The notes: generated by a model not told the origin, from the letters alone. Positions 40,822-51,327 are shown, numbered from the stretch's first letter. The stretch: 64,000 nucleotides of DNA from Methylophagaceae bacterium (GCA_048595465.1 JBJPGE010000001.1:4445-68444), one strand, 5' to 3'. Numbers and translations are program-made.

Positions 40822-42024
40822 ATGAGATTAAAAGTTATTATTGTATTAATACTTGCGTTAATTTGGGGTATTTGTAGTTGGAAATGGTATACCTGTAATA
40901 TCAAAGGGTTTTGTGGCGCAGAAAGAAGCACCGACGTGGTTACACCAGCTGCAGCTGTTCCAACAATGCTTGCTGCGAACATTGATATTGATTCAGACGG
41001 TGATGGCCTTACCGATAAAGAAGAAAAACGCTTAGGTACAGATCCTAGAAACTCTGATTCAGATGGTGATGGTTTTTCTGATGGTAAAGAAGTAAGAAGT
41101 GTTTTTGCTGCAAACGATACCGATGGCGATGGCACTATTGATGCCTTAGATGATGACGATGATAATGATGGTCTGTTAACAAAAATTGAAGCATTGTTGG
41201 CAACCAGTGCATATACAGCTGATAGTGATAATGATGGCTTGTCAGATACTTATGAAGTAGGTAGCGATTATCAATATCCTATAGATTCAGATAATGACGG
41301 TCTTATTAATGCTGTTGACTATGATGATGATGATGATGGTACTCCAACAGTATCTGAACAAGCTGATCCTAATTCAGATGGTAATCCGTCTGATGCTATT
41401 GATACAGATAAAGACGGTATTGTAGATTATCTTGATGCAGATACTGACACGGATCGCGACAACGATGGCCTAAGCAATGAGCTTGAAGCCATGCTAGGAA
41501 CTAATCCGGATAATCCAGATACGGATGGTGATGGCATACCTGATGGGGAAGAAGTAGGAACTGATTACAATAAAGCTACCGATCTTAATGGTAATGGTGT
41601 CATAGATGCCCTTGAAGCTTATGTTTACACACCACCCGAAGCCGTTGCTTATGTTGCACCCAAGCAAGTGGAAATTGTAATTGAGCAAGATCAACGGGCT
41701 CGAGTTCATTTTCCATTTAATGATTCAGCGTCGCCAATACTTTCAACTGAAACAGAGAAATATTTTACAAATTTAGTTATTCAGTTGAAAGCGGGAAGCA
41801 GTGTGACGTTAACCGGCCACACCGATGATGTTGGTAGTGAAGAAATTAATCTGCAATTAGCATTAGAACGAGCTGAAATGATCAAAGAATTATTAATTGA
41901 ACGTGGTGCATCAGCAGATAGTATTTCTATTGATAGTAAAGGTGAATCACAACCATTGCAAAGCAATGATACAGAGCTCGGTCGAGGTACAAATCGCCGT
42001 GTTGAGTTAGTTACCACTAAATAA
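40822..42024 (+). CDS. OmpA-family protein with thrombospondin type-3 (Ca-binding) repeats
   Basis: N-terminal hydrophobic anchor. More than 10 DxDxDGxxDxxE/D repeats (DSDGDGLTDKEE, DTDGDGIPDGEE). C-terminal OmpA-like domain (GHTDDVGSEEINLQLALERA..., TNRRVEL). Confidence 0.8.
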   Translation: MRLKVIIVLILALIWGICSWKWYTCNIKGFCGAERSTDVVTPAAAVPTMLAANIDIDSDGDGLTDKEEKRLGTDPRNSDSDGDGFSDGKEVRSVFAANDTDGDGTIDALDDDDDNDGLLTKIEALLATSAYTADSDNDGLSDTYEVGSDYQYPIDSDNDGLINAVDYDDDDDGTPTVSEQADPNSDGNPSDAIDTDKDGIVDYLDADTDTDRDNDGLSNELEAMLGTNPDNPDTDGDGIPDGEEVGTDYNKATDLNGNGVIDALEAYVYTPPEAVAYVAPKQVEIVIEQDQRARVHFPFNDSASPILSTETEKYFTNLVIQLKAGSSVTLTGHTDDVGSEEINLQLALERAEMIKELLIERGASADSISIDSKGESQPLQSNDTELGRGTNRRVELVTTK

Positions 42025-42055
42025 TATTTTAAGTTTAACAAAAAAGGATTACGAT

Positions 42056-42490
42056 ATGTTTAACAACGTTACCACTGGATATGATATGTCTGATGCGACA
42101 TGGGAAATTATCATCATGTTGCTAGTTGCATTTCTTTTAGGATTCATTTTACGTCACTTATTTGGCTGTAAATCAGAGTCAAATGATAGCTATGCGCCAC
42201 AAGCTGCAGCAACTATTGTACCGCCAGTATCTACTGCGCCGGAAAGCTTGCAACGCGTTGAAGGTATCGGCCCTAAAATTGAAGGTTTATTACATGCTGG
42301 TGGCGTTTTAACGATGAGACAGTTAGCAACAGCTGATCTTGGTGTATTGCAAAAAATAATTGATGCGGCGGGGCCAAGGTATACGATGCATAATCCGAAA
42401 TCATGGTCTCCACAAGCAGAATTGATTGTCGATGAAAACTGGGATGAACTTGAGAAGTATCAAGACTTCTTAGTGGCGGGTAGAGAATAA
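42056..42490 (+). CDS. small membrane-anchored helix-hairpin-helix domain protein
   Basis: TM helix (WEIIIMLLVAFLLGFIL), then LQRVEGIGPKIEGLLHAGGVLTMRQLA (HhH) and a conserved tail AGPRYTMHNPKSWSPQAEL. AGGA RBS lies before ATG 42056. Confidence 0.55.
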   Translation: MFNNVTTGYDMSDATWEIIIMLLVAFLLGFILRHLFGCKSESNDSYAPQAAATIVPPVSTAPESLQRVEGIGPKIEGLLHAGGVLTMRQLATADLGVLQKIIDAAGPRYTMHNPKSWSPQAELIVDENWDELEKYQDFLVAGRE

Positions 42491-42515
42491 TTTACTACTA
42501 ACTATATTGCTAAAG

Positions 42516-42545
42516 AAAAAGGGCTATTTAATAGCCCTTTTTTAT
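42516..42545. terminator. bidirectional rho-independent terminator
   Basis: aaaaagggctat-tta-atagcccttttttat: a GC-containing stem flanked by an A-run and a T-run. Sits between the convergent genes ending at 42490 (+) and 42549 (-). Confidence 0.8.
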
Positions 42546-42548
42546 GCC

Positions 42549-43100
42549 TTATGTTTTTGCCCTACGCAACAAAACATATGCGGCACCCGTTCCACCATCT
42601 TCAACTGGGGCAGAACAAAAAGCTAAAACATTATCCTCTTGTTGTAACCAACTATTAAGTTTGGTTTTTAGAACAGGTTTTTGGTTTTTAGAGCTCCATC
42701 CTTTTCCGTGAACTATTCGCACACACCGTAGCGCATCAATTTGACAGTCTTGAAGAAATTTTGCTAATGCCTGATGGGCAATGGAGACCGTCATACCATG
42801 CAGGTCAAGTTCAGCTTCTATTTGTAGGTGACCATTACGCAGTCGTGAAAACAAACGATGTTGAATACCACTTCGGCGGAAAGATAGGGTTTCTTCACTA
42901 CCAATAGTATGCGGTTCATATTGATCGGAAAAAGTACTGTTTAATGCTTGTTCTATACGTTGTTGCCGAAATTTGGCTATAGGTTTTGGCGACGCTGTAA
43001 TGGGGTGAATTTTATCTTGTTCAATCTTTTCGATAATTCCAATTTCTTCTCGAAAAAGGTTAATATCAGATTGGTCATTACGAGAAACTTTTTTCTTCAT
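42549..43100 (-). CDS. smrB: Smr domain endonuclease (SmrB-like)
   Basis: 183 aa. ELDLHGMTVSIAHQAL...VRIVHGKG...GGTGAAYVLL is colinear with the Smr domain. Same length class as SmrB. Confidence 0.7.
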   Translation of the reverse strand: MKKKVSRNDQSDINLFREEIGIIEKIEQDKIHPITASPKPIAKFRQQRIEQALNSTFSDQYEPHTIGSEETLSFRRSGIQHRLFSRLRNGHLQIEAELDLHGMTVSIAHQALAKFLQDCQIDALRCVRIVHGKGWSSKNQKPVLKTKLNSWLQQEDNVLAFCSAPVEDGGTGAAYVLLRRAKT

Positions 43101-43139
43101 AAAGCATAACTAGTAAAATTGGGTCTAGGACAAGTTTAA

Positions 43140-43757
43140 TTATTTCTTATTAATGCGGTCAAACTCACCCCAATTAGGCTTCGGTGGTGGCGTGCGATTA
43201 GGTTCGCGCATTGACGCGTCATCAAAGAGATCTTGCTGATAGTCTACACTATTTGAATTACGTATTGGAGCGATTCCATTAGTACTTTCAATATTATATT
43301 GATCTTGAATTATCTTTTCTTGTTGATTTATTTTAGCTTCTAAATCGTTTATTTGTTTTTGCATTTCAATAAGCTCAGTGGCTGATTCTTCAGATATTAT
43401 TTCTGTAGCTATATCATCATTGTTGGTATCAACAGGGCCTTCTGGCTCTAAAATGTTTTTCCCAAATCCCATTTGTTCAGACATTATTGACTCAGAATGC
43501 TCTTCATTTGTTTTGATACCAGTTTCTTCTAATATTTCAGCAGTTAATTCTTCGCTTTCAATTTCTAGCTCCTCAGAGGGAGCAAAGAAATAATAACCGC
43601 CACCCGCTAGAAGAAGTAAGGTAATGACTCCAGCAATAATTAAAAATAACTTTGATTTAAAAAAGCCTGTTTTTTCTTCTAAACCTTCCGTTTCTTCTGA
43701 ATCTTCGGCTTTATCAACACCACCTTCATCTGCATTTACTTCTACATCATCTGCCAT
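43140..43757 (-). CDS. hypothetical acidic bitopic membrane protein
   Basis: 205 aa. Acidic N-terminus, a single TM (LFLIIAGVITLLLLAGGGYYFF), then an acidic, coiled-coil-like region. No family recognised. Confidence 0.4.
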   Translation of the reverse strand: MADDVEVNADEGGVDKAEDSEETEGLEEKTGFFKSKLFLIIAGVITLLLLAGGGYYFFAPSEELEIESEELTAEILEETGIKTNEEHSESIMSEQMGFGKNILEPEGPVDTNNDDIATEIISEESATELIEMQKQINDLEAKINQQEKIIQDQYNIESTNGIAPIRNSNSVDYQQDLFDDASMREPNRTPPPKPNWGEFDRINKK

Positions 43758-43782
43758 GGAGCACCTCTAGTATCTGGCGTTG

Positions 43783-45591
43783 CTATTCTTCTTCACCGCT
43801 TTCCTGAATAAGCGAGATAATGGTCCAATCCGCTTCAGGAGTAAGCTCATCACCATGAGTAAACAAATGAAGCTGATCTTTTACATCAAAAGCGAATAGA
43901 GGAATAGCTAGCTTTCCATACTGTTCTTGATAATCTTGGTAGCTAAAGCTATCACTTAAATTTGTTTTTTTAGGTGATGCGCCTTTACTGATTAAACTAG
44001 CTAGTTTTGCATAGGTCACATCATCCCCAAAGAGCACTTTCGCTTTATGATTAATATTTGTTCGCGAAACGTGTTCCTTATCCTCTTTATCGGTCGACAA
44101 AGAGAAAACATGATTGCTGCCAAATTCTGAACGATAACGGAGGCCTGCAAGCGCATTTAATTCTTTTTGTGGGGTTAAGGTTAATACTTGCCCTAAACCA
44201 ATTAAATCGAGGTGACGATCAGCGTGCTCTGAAACAGCATTACCATAATAGGTATCAAAGCCGGCCATTCTAGCCGCCGTAACATTAGTCCAGCTGGTAT
44301 CCGCGAGACGAGTACGATAGCCATTGTCATTAAGTGCTGTGGCAATGGCTCGAGCAACTAAATTGGCACCGATAATCAAAAAGCCCCTATCATCAGGTTC
44401 TGCAACACCTAATTTATTCGCTAGTAATTTCGCCGTTGCACCTTGTAAGAATACGGTACCTATAATAATAGTGAACGCTAAAGGCACTAATAAATCAGCT
44501 TGTGGAATACCTAAATCTTGCAGGCGAATGGCAAATAATGCACTCACTGCTGCGGCAACGATTCCACGCGGGCCAATCCAGCTAACCAATGTTTTTTCTT
44601 GCCAGGTTAAATCAGAACCGAGTGTGCAGAAGAATACTTTAACGGGGCGGGCAATAAATTGAATAATTAAAAATAATAAAATGCCTGCAAAACCAATCGC
44701 TTCAAATTGAGCAAAATCTAACCGTGCTGCTAATAATATAAATAAGCCTGATATTAATAAGATACTAAGGCTTTCTTTGAAATCGAGAATATCTTCAACA
44801 GATACATCTTTCATATTAGCCAACCAAATGCCCATAACAGTCACCGTGAGTAAACCGGATTCTTCAGAAATATGATTGGATAAAGCAAACACGGCAAAAA
44901 CAAGGGTCAGAGTAGCGACGTTATGTAAATATTCAGGCAGTAAATGTTTACGTAATATTAAGCCGAGAAGATAACCTGCAATTGCACCAATAGCTGTACC
45001 TACAGCTAATGTTTTTCCAAAGGTAAAGAAGGTATGCCCTAATGATGTAGCGCCTTCACCTTGACCAGAAAGAATGAATTCGAATACCAATACAGCGAGA
45101 ATGGCACCAATAGGATCAATGGCAATGCCTTCCCAGCGAAGAATATTCGATATTTTTGTATTAGGTCTTACAGTGCGTAGCATAGGGACAATTACGGTGG
45201 GCCCAGTTACCACCATTAATGCACCAAATAGTAGCGATAATTCCCAAGTGAAATTAAGTAGATAATGTGTAGAAACGGCAATAATTGCCCAAATAATTAA
45301 TACACCGAATGTCAGTAGGTTGCGTACAACAGTTTGTAAATCGCGGATCTGATCAAAGCGCAGCGTTAGGCTACCTTCAAATAAAATAATGGCTACACAG
45401 AGCGAAACAACCGGAAATAACAAATCACCAAATAAGGCATCAGGATCTAACCAGCCCGTCAGAGGACCAAGCACAATGCCGGCAAGCAGTAGAAATACAA
45501 TGGCCGGTAGTTTTATCCACCATGCAAACCATTGGCAAAGTGTGGCAACCACACCGATAACAGAAAGTGCAATGACAGCATGTTGCTCCAT
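43783..45591 (-). CDS. cation:proton antiporter (Na+/H+ exchanger family) with C-terminal soluble domain
   Basis: About 12 TM segments with CPA-type motifs (FEGSL, GPRGIVAAAV), followed by a Rossmann-like segment FLIIGANLVARAIATAL. Confidence 0.8.
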   Translation of the reverse strand: MEQHAVIALSVIGVVATLCQWFAWWIKLPAIVFLLLAGIVLGPLTGWLDPDALFGDLLFPVVSLCVAIILFEGSLTLRFDQIRDLQTVVRNLLTFGVLIIWAIIAVSTHYLLNFTWELSLLFGALMVVTGPTVIVPMLRTVRPNTKISNILRWEGIAIDPIGAILAVLVFEFILSGQGEGATSLGHTFFTFGKTLAVGTAIGAIAGYLLGLILRKHLLPEYLHNVATLTLVFAVFALSNHISEESGLLTVTVMGIWLANMKDVSVEDILDFKESLSILLISGLFILLAARLDFAQFEAIGFAGILLFLIIQFIARPVKVFFCTLGSDLTWQEKTLVSWIGPRGIVAAAVSALFAIRLQDLGIPQADLLVPLAFTIIIGTVFLQGATAKLLANKLGVAEPDDRGFLIIGANLVARAIATALNDNGYRTRLADTSWTNVTAARMAGFDTYYGNAVSEHADRHLDLIGLGQVLTLTPQKELNALAGLRYRSEFGSNHVFSLSTDKEDKEHVSRTNINHKAKVLFGDDVTYAKLASLISKGASPKKTNLSDSFSYQDYQEQYGKLAIPLFAFDVKDQLHLFTHGDELTPEADWTIISLIQESGEEE

Positions 45592-45628
45592 TTATTTAAC
45601 CTTTGAAGATAAAATTGAAAGGTTGATT

Positions 45629-46474
45629 CTACCGTATCAGTTCAATTTCTGCACGACGGTTTTGTGTCCTTCCTGAACCTGTTTTATTGCTTGTAGCGGC
45701 TACAAATTCACGGTGGAATGAGGTTACGATCATGCTTTCATCTATTTCGGATTCGTTTATAAGAAAAGCTTTAACAGCAAGCGCACGTGCCTGTGATAAT
45801 GGTATGTTAAGCCGTTTCCTACCATGGTTATCGGTGTGTCCAGAAACAGTGATACGTTTGATACTATCATCAATTTTAACGTAGTCGGATAATCTGGTCA
45901 GTGCTTTTTTAGCCTCTGAATGAAGTGTTGATTCTTCCGAATTGAAATAAACGGTAAGTTGGCGCATCTGCTCAAAGGTATAAGGGGTAAGCTGTTCGAC
46001 ACATTGTGTAAATGCAAGGTGTGAATCTCTAAAATGCACAGTAGACAGTAGCACGCTAATTTCTTCTATCGAGTTTTGGCTTTGATAGCGAATGGTTGGA
46101 AACATGCCTTCTTTGATATAAGTAAAGGCTTGTTTTGCCATCTTGCCCGTTATGGTAAACGTTTGTTGGTTCTTTTCAACAGGAATGGCAACGAGCATTA
46201 AGCGATCTTCACTATTTTGCCATGGCGCTTGAGCAATTTCGAAATAAATATCAGTTTGTTTAGAAGGATATAATGCCGTTGTGAAAGTTAGGCTAAACTC
46301 CTGAGCCGGTAATTGGCTAAATTGAGCACTTCCAAAGCGAGCGATATCTTGAGTTAAGCTACATTCCAATGGAGATTCGCTGACTAGCCACTGCGTGTCT
46401 GTTATGGGCGCTTGAAATTGTTCAGCCTGAACAGCAGCGGTCAGCAATAATAGTGTTGCGATTAAATATTTCAT
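45629..46474 (-). CDS. motY: OmpA-family protein, MotY-like (flagellar stator-associated)
   Basis: Signal peptide. The N-terminal domain W.VSESPLECSL.Q.I..FG.AQF resembles the MotY N-domain. C-terminal OmpA-like domain (SGHTDNHG...NRRAEIELI). Confidence 0.55.
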   Translation of the reverse strand: MKYLIATLLLLTAAVQAEQFQAPITDTQWLVSESPLECSLTQDIARFGSAQFSQLPAQEFSLTFTTALYPSKQTDIYFEIAQAPWQNSEDRLMLVAIPVEKNQQTFTITGKMAKQAFTYIKEGMFPTIRYQSQNSIEEISVLLSTVHFRDSHLAFTQCVEQLTPYTFEQMRQLTVYFNSEESTLHSEAKKALTRLSDYVKIDDSIKRITVSGHTDNHGRKRLNIPLSQARALAVKAFLINESEIDESMIVTSFHREFVAATSNKTGSGRTQNRRAEIELIR

Positions 46475-46480
46475 TACTAT

Positions 46481-46996
46481 TTAGTATTGTATAAGTGAGT
46501 GAATCGGATAATTATTAATTTTTTCTCGACCTTTTAGATCGGTTAATTCAATAACAAAAGCACATGCAACAATCTCGCCATTTAATTGCTCAATTAATTC
46601 ACAGCTTGCTTTTGCCGTTCCACCAGTTGCGAGCACATCATCGACAACTAGAATGCGATCACCGTGTTCAATAGCGTCAATATGTGCCTCAAGGCTTGCT
46701 GTTCCGTATTCTAGGTCATAATCTACACGCTGCACATTATAGGGCAATTTACCGGGTTTTCTGAGAGGAATAAAACCAACATCTAATTCCCACGCAACAA
46801 GGCTTCCAAAAATAAAACCGCGCGCTTCCATGCCGACAACGGCAGTAATGTCGCCTTTTTTAAAAGGTGCAACAAGCTCGGCGATAGCAAGGTGCAAACT
46901 GACAGGATCTTTTACCAACGGTGTAATGTCTTTAAATAGAATTCCTTGCTGTGGAAAGTCTGCAATATCACGAATTTTAGATTTTAATTGATTCAT
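46481..46996 (-). CDS. apt: adenine phosphoribosyltransferase
   Basis: DFPQQGILFKDITPL, GMEARGF and VLVVDDVLATGGTA are PRTase motifs. 171 aa. Confidence 0.93.
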   Translation of the reverse strand: MNQLKSKIRDIADFPQQGILFKDITPLVKDPVSLHLAIAELVAPFKKGDITAVVGMEARGFIFGSLVAWELDVGFIPLRKPGKLPYNVQRVDYDLEYGTASLEAHIDAIEHGDRILVVDDVLATGGTAKASCELIEQLNGEIVACAFVIELTDLKGREKINNYPIHSLIQY

Positions 46997-47272
46997 ATTT
47001 GAGTAATCTACAGCGAGTCACCTTAATTATTCGGCTTAATTGTGCGTGACTGTAGCACGCAATGCTTAAATTTAATAAATTTATGAAGTAGGTAGTATCA
47101 ATTTCTGTAATTAACAAGTGTTAGGACTGATTATAATATTTGCATTGTTCACATACTTTTAATATAGCTTGTCTGCTCTTAAGGAATGTGCTCAAATATC
47201 ATGAGCTTTGTATTTTAGTGGATTCATTGCTTAGGAAGCTACAAGCGTCAAAATCCTATGTTCCAGTATGGA

Positions 47273-47307
47273 TATAAGCCTGCCCAAAAAAATAGGCAAG
47301 CTTATAT
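47273..47307 (-). terminator. hairpin 28 nt downstream of the orphan gene (candidate terminator, no U-tract)
   Basis: 13-bp stem (atataagcctgcc / ggcaagcttatat). Its single mismatch becomes a G-U pair in the minus-strand RNA. 10-nt loop; no U-tract follows. Confidence 0.35.
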
Positions 47308-47334
47308 ATTCATTTTAAATGTCATTTAAACGAG

Positions 47335-47820
47335 TTAATTTAGTGTGCTACCTGCATTTGTTGGTGCTTCACCTGTATTTGTTGTAGGTAAGATAGCGCG
47401 AAATACCGCAGGCATTAATGCTGTTGTAGCGTGATCGGCGTTATTAGGGTTACTTGTTTGTAATACTCCTATAATATCTCCTGCTGCTCCATTATGCTGT
47501 AATCGACAGTAATAAGGAGCCTCAAAACCAGGAGCTTTCGCGATAATTAGACAAGCTTCTCCAGCTTTTAATGTGAAAACATTATTATTTTTTTTACAGG
47601 TAATATTTGTAAGAGAGGTTGGTTGTCCTGCATCGGTTCCTATGCCGAGAATATTTAGAAACTGGAAACTGTATAGGTTTATATCTTTATTTGATGCATT
47701 GCTTATTAGGCACTGATAGTTCACTCCGTATAAAGGTGCTGATTGGAGTGCTTCATCCGCTGAGACTGGCTGCAAAAATAATGCTGTGAGCATTAATACT
47801 AAATAACGTGATTTAATCAT
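47335..47820 (-). CDS. hypothetical secreted protein (orphan)
   Basis: 161 aa. Signal peptide MIKSRYLVLMLTALFLQPVSA/DE and four Cys. No recognisable family. Flanked by 338-bp and 181-bp AT-rich non-coding DNA. Confidence 0.5.
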   Translation of the reverse strand: MIKSRYLVLMLTALFLQPVSADEALQSAPLYGVNYQCLISNASNKDINLYSFQFLNILGIGTDAGQPTSLTNITCKKNNNVFTLKAGEACLIIAKAPGFEAPYYCRLQHNGAAGDIIGVLQTSNPNNADHATTALMPAVFRAILPTTNTGEAPTNAGSTLN

Positions 47821-48013
47821 TATATTTTCCTTAATATTTCAGGTCGAAGATGACCAAGTAATACTTTAGTACTATAATCCTGTTTTTGTAATACCTAGAA
47901 TTAGTTGAAATAATAAGTTTAGGCAGTGTTAATACTCTAAGCGGAGTGTTCTGGTATAAAGTAATGCTTTTATCAAGTTAACTTTGGTTTGATGATAATA
48001 TTTGAGGTGTAGC

Positions 48014-48655
48014 GTGTCGAGTTTTATAACAATAAGTCGTATATTTGGCTTTATTGCGATAGTAATAATGCTGAATGGTTGTTTAGGATTAGGCAGTAAA
48101 GAAGAGAGTGATGACACACCGCATTATTATGTGATTGATGTCGACCGAGGTGCGGTCGCTTCACGCTTTGTTGAAAATAGGGTGCTCTATTTAAAGCCTG
48201 TTAAGCTCACTTCGCATTTTCGCGGTCAGACCATTGTCTTCCGTATTGGTGATAATGAATATCAACAGCAGATGCCGAATCAATTCTTTTCTAGCCCACA
48301 AGACATGTTTACCGAACAATTAAAGCGTTGGTTACAAAAAACAGGTCTCTTCAGTCAAGTAGTCGTTAATGATGATATTGCTGCGGATATGATTTTGGAA
48401 ACAGCTGTTACTGCCCTATACGGTGATGACCGAGAACAATTTTCTCCGCAAGCTGTGATAGAAATGCAGTTCTTTTTATTAGAAGCAGATCAAAATAAAA
48501 CGCAGCCATTGTTCCAAACAGGCCTAAATGTTGAGGTTGATATAGCTGAAACTACTCCGACAAATGTTGTAAAAGGTTGGAAGCAGGGGCTTGAACAGCT
48601 ATTGTCGACCGTAGAAGATGATTTAAGCGATTATTTTTCAAAACGTAAGCCCTAG
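48014..48655 (+). CDS. lipoprotein, ABC-type transport auxiliary component-like (DUF330/PqiC-like)
   Basis: Lipobox MLNGC/L. HYYVID... and later LETAVTALYGD resemble the PqiC/YmbA family pattern. GTG 48014 is preceded by GAGG; the ORF-track TTG at 48002 is an alternative. Confidence 0.55.
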   Translation: MSSFITISRIFGFIAIVIMLNGCLGLGSKEESDDTPHYYVIDVDRGAVASRFVENRVLYLKPVKLTSHFRGQTIVFRIGDNEYQQQMPNQFFSSPQDMFTEQLKRWLQKTGLFSQVVVNDDIAADMILETAVTALYGDDREQFSPQAVIEMQFFLLEADQNKTQPLFQTGLNVEVDIAETTPTNVVKGWKQGLEQLLSTVEDDLSDYFSKRKP

Positions 48656-48738
48656 TACCACTCAGATCTAATCGTGCAGGAAATGAGCTGTAATGATAGA
48701 ATTATGTCTTCATAATGATGATTTGGATAACATTATAA

Positions 48739-51327
48739 ATGACTGCAATTGCCTTAGAACTTGAACCGATTACTATCGAAGAGGAGATGAAGCAATCTTA
48801 CCTCGATTATGCGATGAGCGTAATTGTGGGGCGTGCTTTACCTGATGTTCGAGATGGTCTAAAACCTGTTCATCGTCGTGTTTTATATGCAATGCGCGAG
48901 CTGAATAATAATTGGAATGGCTCTTATAAAAAATCGGCACGTATTGTCGGTGATGTTATCGGTAAATATCATCCGCATGGTGATACAGCTGTATATGATA
49001 CTATGGTTCGTATGGCGCAACCATTCTCAATGCGTTATATGTTGGTTGATGGACAAGGTAACTTTGGTTCAGTTGATGGTGACTCACCTGCAGCAATGCG
49101 TTATACCGAAGTACGCATGGCGAAAATCACCCATGAAATGCTAGCTGATCTTGATAAAGAAACAGTCGATTTTATTGCCAACTATGATGAATCAGAGCAC
49201 GAACCTTCTGTATTGCCAACAAAAATACCTGCACTTTTAGTAAATGGTTCATCGGGAATAGCGGTAGGTATGGCGACTAATATTCCGCCACATAATTTAA
49301 CCGAAATTCTAAATGCCATACTGGCGACGATAGATAATCCACAAATTGATCTTGCAGAAATAATGACGCATGTACCGGGGCCTGATTTCCCAACCGCTGC
49401 GATGATTAATGGCTCGCAAGGCATGATGGAAGCCTATCGCACAGGCCGCGGCCGTGTTCATATGCGTGCTCGTGCAATTATTGAAACAAATGATAGTACT
49501 GGTCAACAAAGTATTGTTGTTATCGAATTGCCTTATCAGGTGAATAAAGCACGTTTGATTGAGAAAATTGCAGAATTAGTTAAAGACAAAAAAATTGAAG
49601 GTATTTCTGCCTTACGTGATGAGTCTGATAAAGATGGTATGCGTATGGTAGTGGTGCTAAAACGTGGTGAAGTGCCCGAAGTAATCTTAAACAACCTCTA
49701 TAAGCAAACCCAAATGCAAACTGTGTTTGGCGTTAATATGGTGGCGATTGTTGATGGTCAGCCTAAGTTATTAGGCTTGCAAGATATTTTAGCTGCCTTT
49801 ATTGGTCATCGCCGTGAAGTGGTGACACGTCGTTCATTATATGAATTGCGTAAAGCACGCGATCGCGCTCATATCTTAGAAGGTTTAGCGACTGCATTAG
49901 CCAATATCGATGAAGTGATTGAGCTGATCAAATCATCACCTAGCCCTGCAGAGGCTAAAGAAGCATTATTAGCACGTGGTTGGGCATCAGAAATGATCCT
50001 TGAAATGTTAGGTGCCGCCGGTGCTGAAGCGTCACGTCCAGAAGACTTAGCGGATGAGATGGGGTTAATTGATGGTGTTTATCACTTATCGACAACCCAA
50101 GCCCAAGCTATCCTTGAAATGCGACTACATCGTCTTACAGGTCTTGAGCAAGATAAGATTCTGGATGAATATCGTGAAGTATTAGCAGAGATTGCGGCAT
50201 TGTTAGCCATTTTGAGTGATCCAGATAATTTGATGGCGGTTATTCGTGAAGAATTAGTAAAAGTTAAAGAAGAATTTGGTGATGAACGTCGCACTGAAAT
50301 TTTGGATGCTCACTTAGATCTTACTTTAGAAGATTTGATTACTGAAGAAGAAATGGTAGTGACGCTATCGCATGCAGGTTATGCAAAAACACAGCAGTTA
50401 GATACCTATCGTGCTCAACGTCGTGGTGGAAAAGGTAAATCTGCAACATCAATGAAAGATGAAGATTTCATCGAACATCTATTTATTGCTAACACTCATG
50501 ACACTTTATTATGTTTCTCTAGTGCCGGTAAGGTTTATTGGAAAAAAGTATATGAATTGCCACAAGGTGGTCGTGCGGCACGAGGTAAGCCAATTGTAAA
50601 TTTATTGCCATTGGAAGAAGGCGAGAAAATAAATGCTATTTTAGCCGTACGTGAATTTGATGCAGATAACTATATCTTTATGGCGACGGCATCAGGCACA
50701 GTTAAGAAAACACCACTGGAAGCTTACTCGCGTCCACGTGCTAACGGCATTATTGCATTAGATCTAAAAGAAGGTGATCAATTAGTCGGTGTGGCGTTAA
50801 CGGATGGTCAATCTGACATTATGTTGTTCAACTCTGTCGGTAAAGTTATTCGCTTTTCTGAAACAGATGTACGCTCTATGGGCCGTGTATCTCGTGGTGT
50901 TCGTGGAATGCGTATGCCGGAAAATGCTGAAATAATTTCACTTATTATTGCTAATGTGGAAGACGGTGCAATTTTAACAGCCACTGAATTTGGTTATGGT
51001 AAACGAACTGATTTAGAGCAATACCGTGTTCAAGGTCGTGGTGGTAGCGGTATTATTTCCATTCAGACTTCGGAACGAAATGGTAATGTTGTTGGCGCAG
51101 TGCAAGTACAAGCTGAACACCAAATCATGTTGATTACCGATGGTGGCACATTAGTACGAACACCAGTGAAAGATGTTTCAATTGTCGGCCGTAATACACA
51201 AGGTGTGAAACTGATTAATTTAACTAAGAAAGAAAAGTTAGTTGGTTTAGAACGTGTGTTAGAAGAAGAGGACGATGAAGACGCTGATTTTGACGGTGAA
51301 GAAGGCGAAACTACAACTGAAGAATAA
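48739..51327 (+). CDS. gyrA: DNA gyrase subunit A
   Basis: [33 protein letters not shown], the QRDR segment [15 protein letters not shown] and the active-site AAMRYTE. Acidic C-terminal tail. Confidence 0.96.
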   Translation: MTAIALELEPITIEEEMKQSYLDYAMSVIVGRALPDVRDGLKPVHRRVLYAMRELNNNWNGSYKKSARIVGDVIGKYHPHGDTAVYDTMVRMAQPFSMRYMLVDGQGNFGSVDGDSPAAMRYTEVRMAKITHEMLADLDKETVDFIANYDESEHEPSVLPTKIPALLVNGSSGIAVGMATNIPPHNLTEILNAILATIDNPQIDLAEIMTHVPGPDFPTAAMINGSQGMMEAYRTGRGRVHMRARAIIETNDSTGQQSIVVIELPYQVNKARLIEKIAELVKDKKIEGISALRDESDKDGMRMVVVLKRGEVPEVILNNLYKQTQMQTVFGVNMVAIVDGQPKLLGLQDILAAFIGHRREVVTRRSLYELRKARDRAHILEGLATALANIDEVIELIKSSPSPAEAKEALLARGWASEMILEMLGAAGAEASRPEDLADEMGLIDGVYHLSTTQAQAILEMRLHRLTGLEQDKILDEYREVLAEIAALLAILSDPDNLMAVIREELVKVKEEFGDERRTEILDAHLDLTLEDLITEEEMVVTLSHAGYAKTQQLDTYRAQRRGGKGKSATSMKDEDFIEHLFIANTHDTLLCFSSAGKVYWKKVYELPQGGRAARGKPIVNLLPLEEGEKINAILAVREFDADNYIFMATASGTVKKTPLEAYSRPRANGIIALDLKEGDQLVGVALTDGQSDIMLFNSVGKVIRFSETDVRSMGRVSRGVRGMRMPENAEIISLIIANVEDGAILTATEFGYGKRTDLEQYRVQGRGGSGIISIQTSERNGNVVGAVQVQAEHQIMLITDGGTLVRTPVKDVSIVGRNTQGVKLINLTKKEKLVGLERVLEEEDDEDADFDGEEGETTTEE

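Noticed and set aside
40980-41640. DNA-level repetitiveness (gatggtgatggc and similar) in the OmpA-family gene as a possible non-coding repeat array
   Set aside because: The periodicity is explained by the coding thrombospondin type-3 DxDxDG repeats. The units are diverged at the DNA level and in frame.
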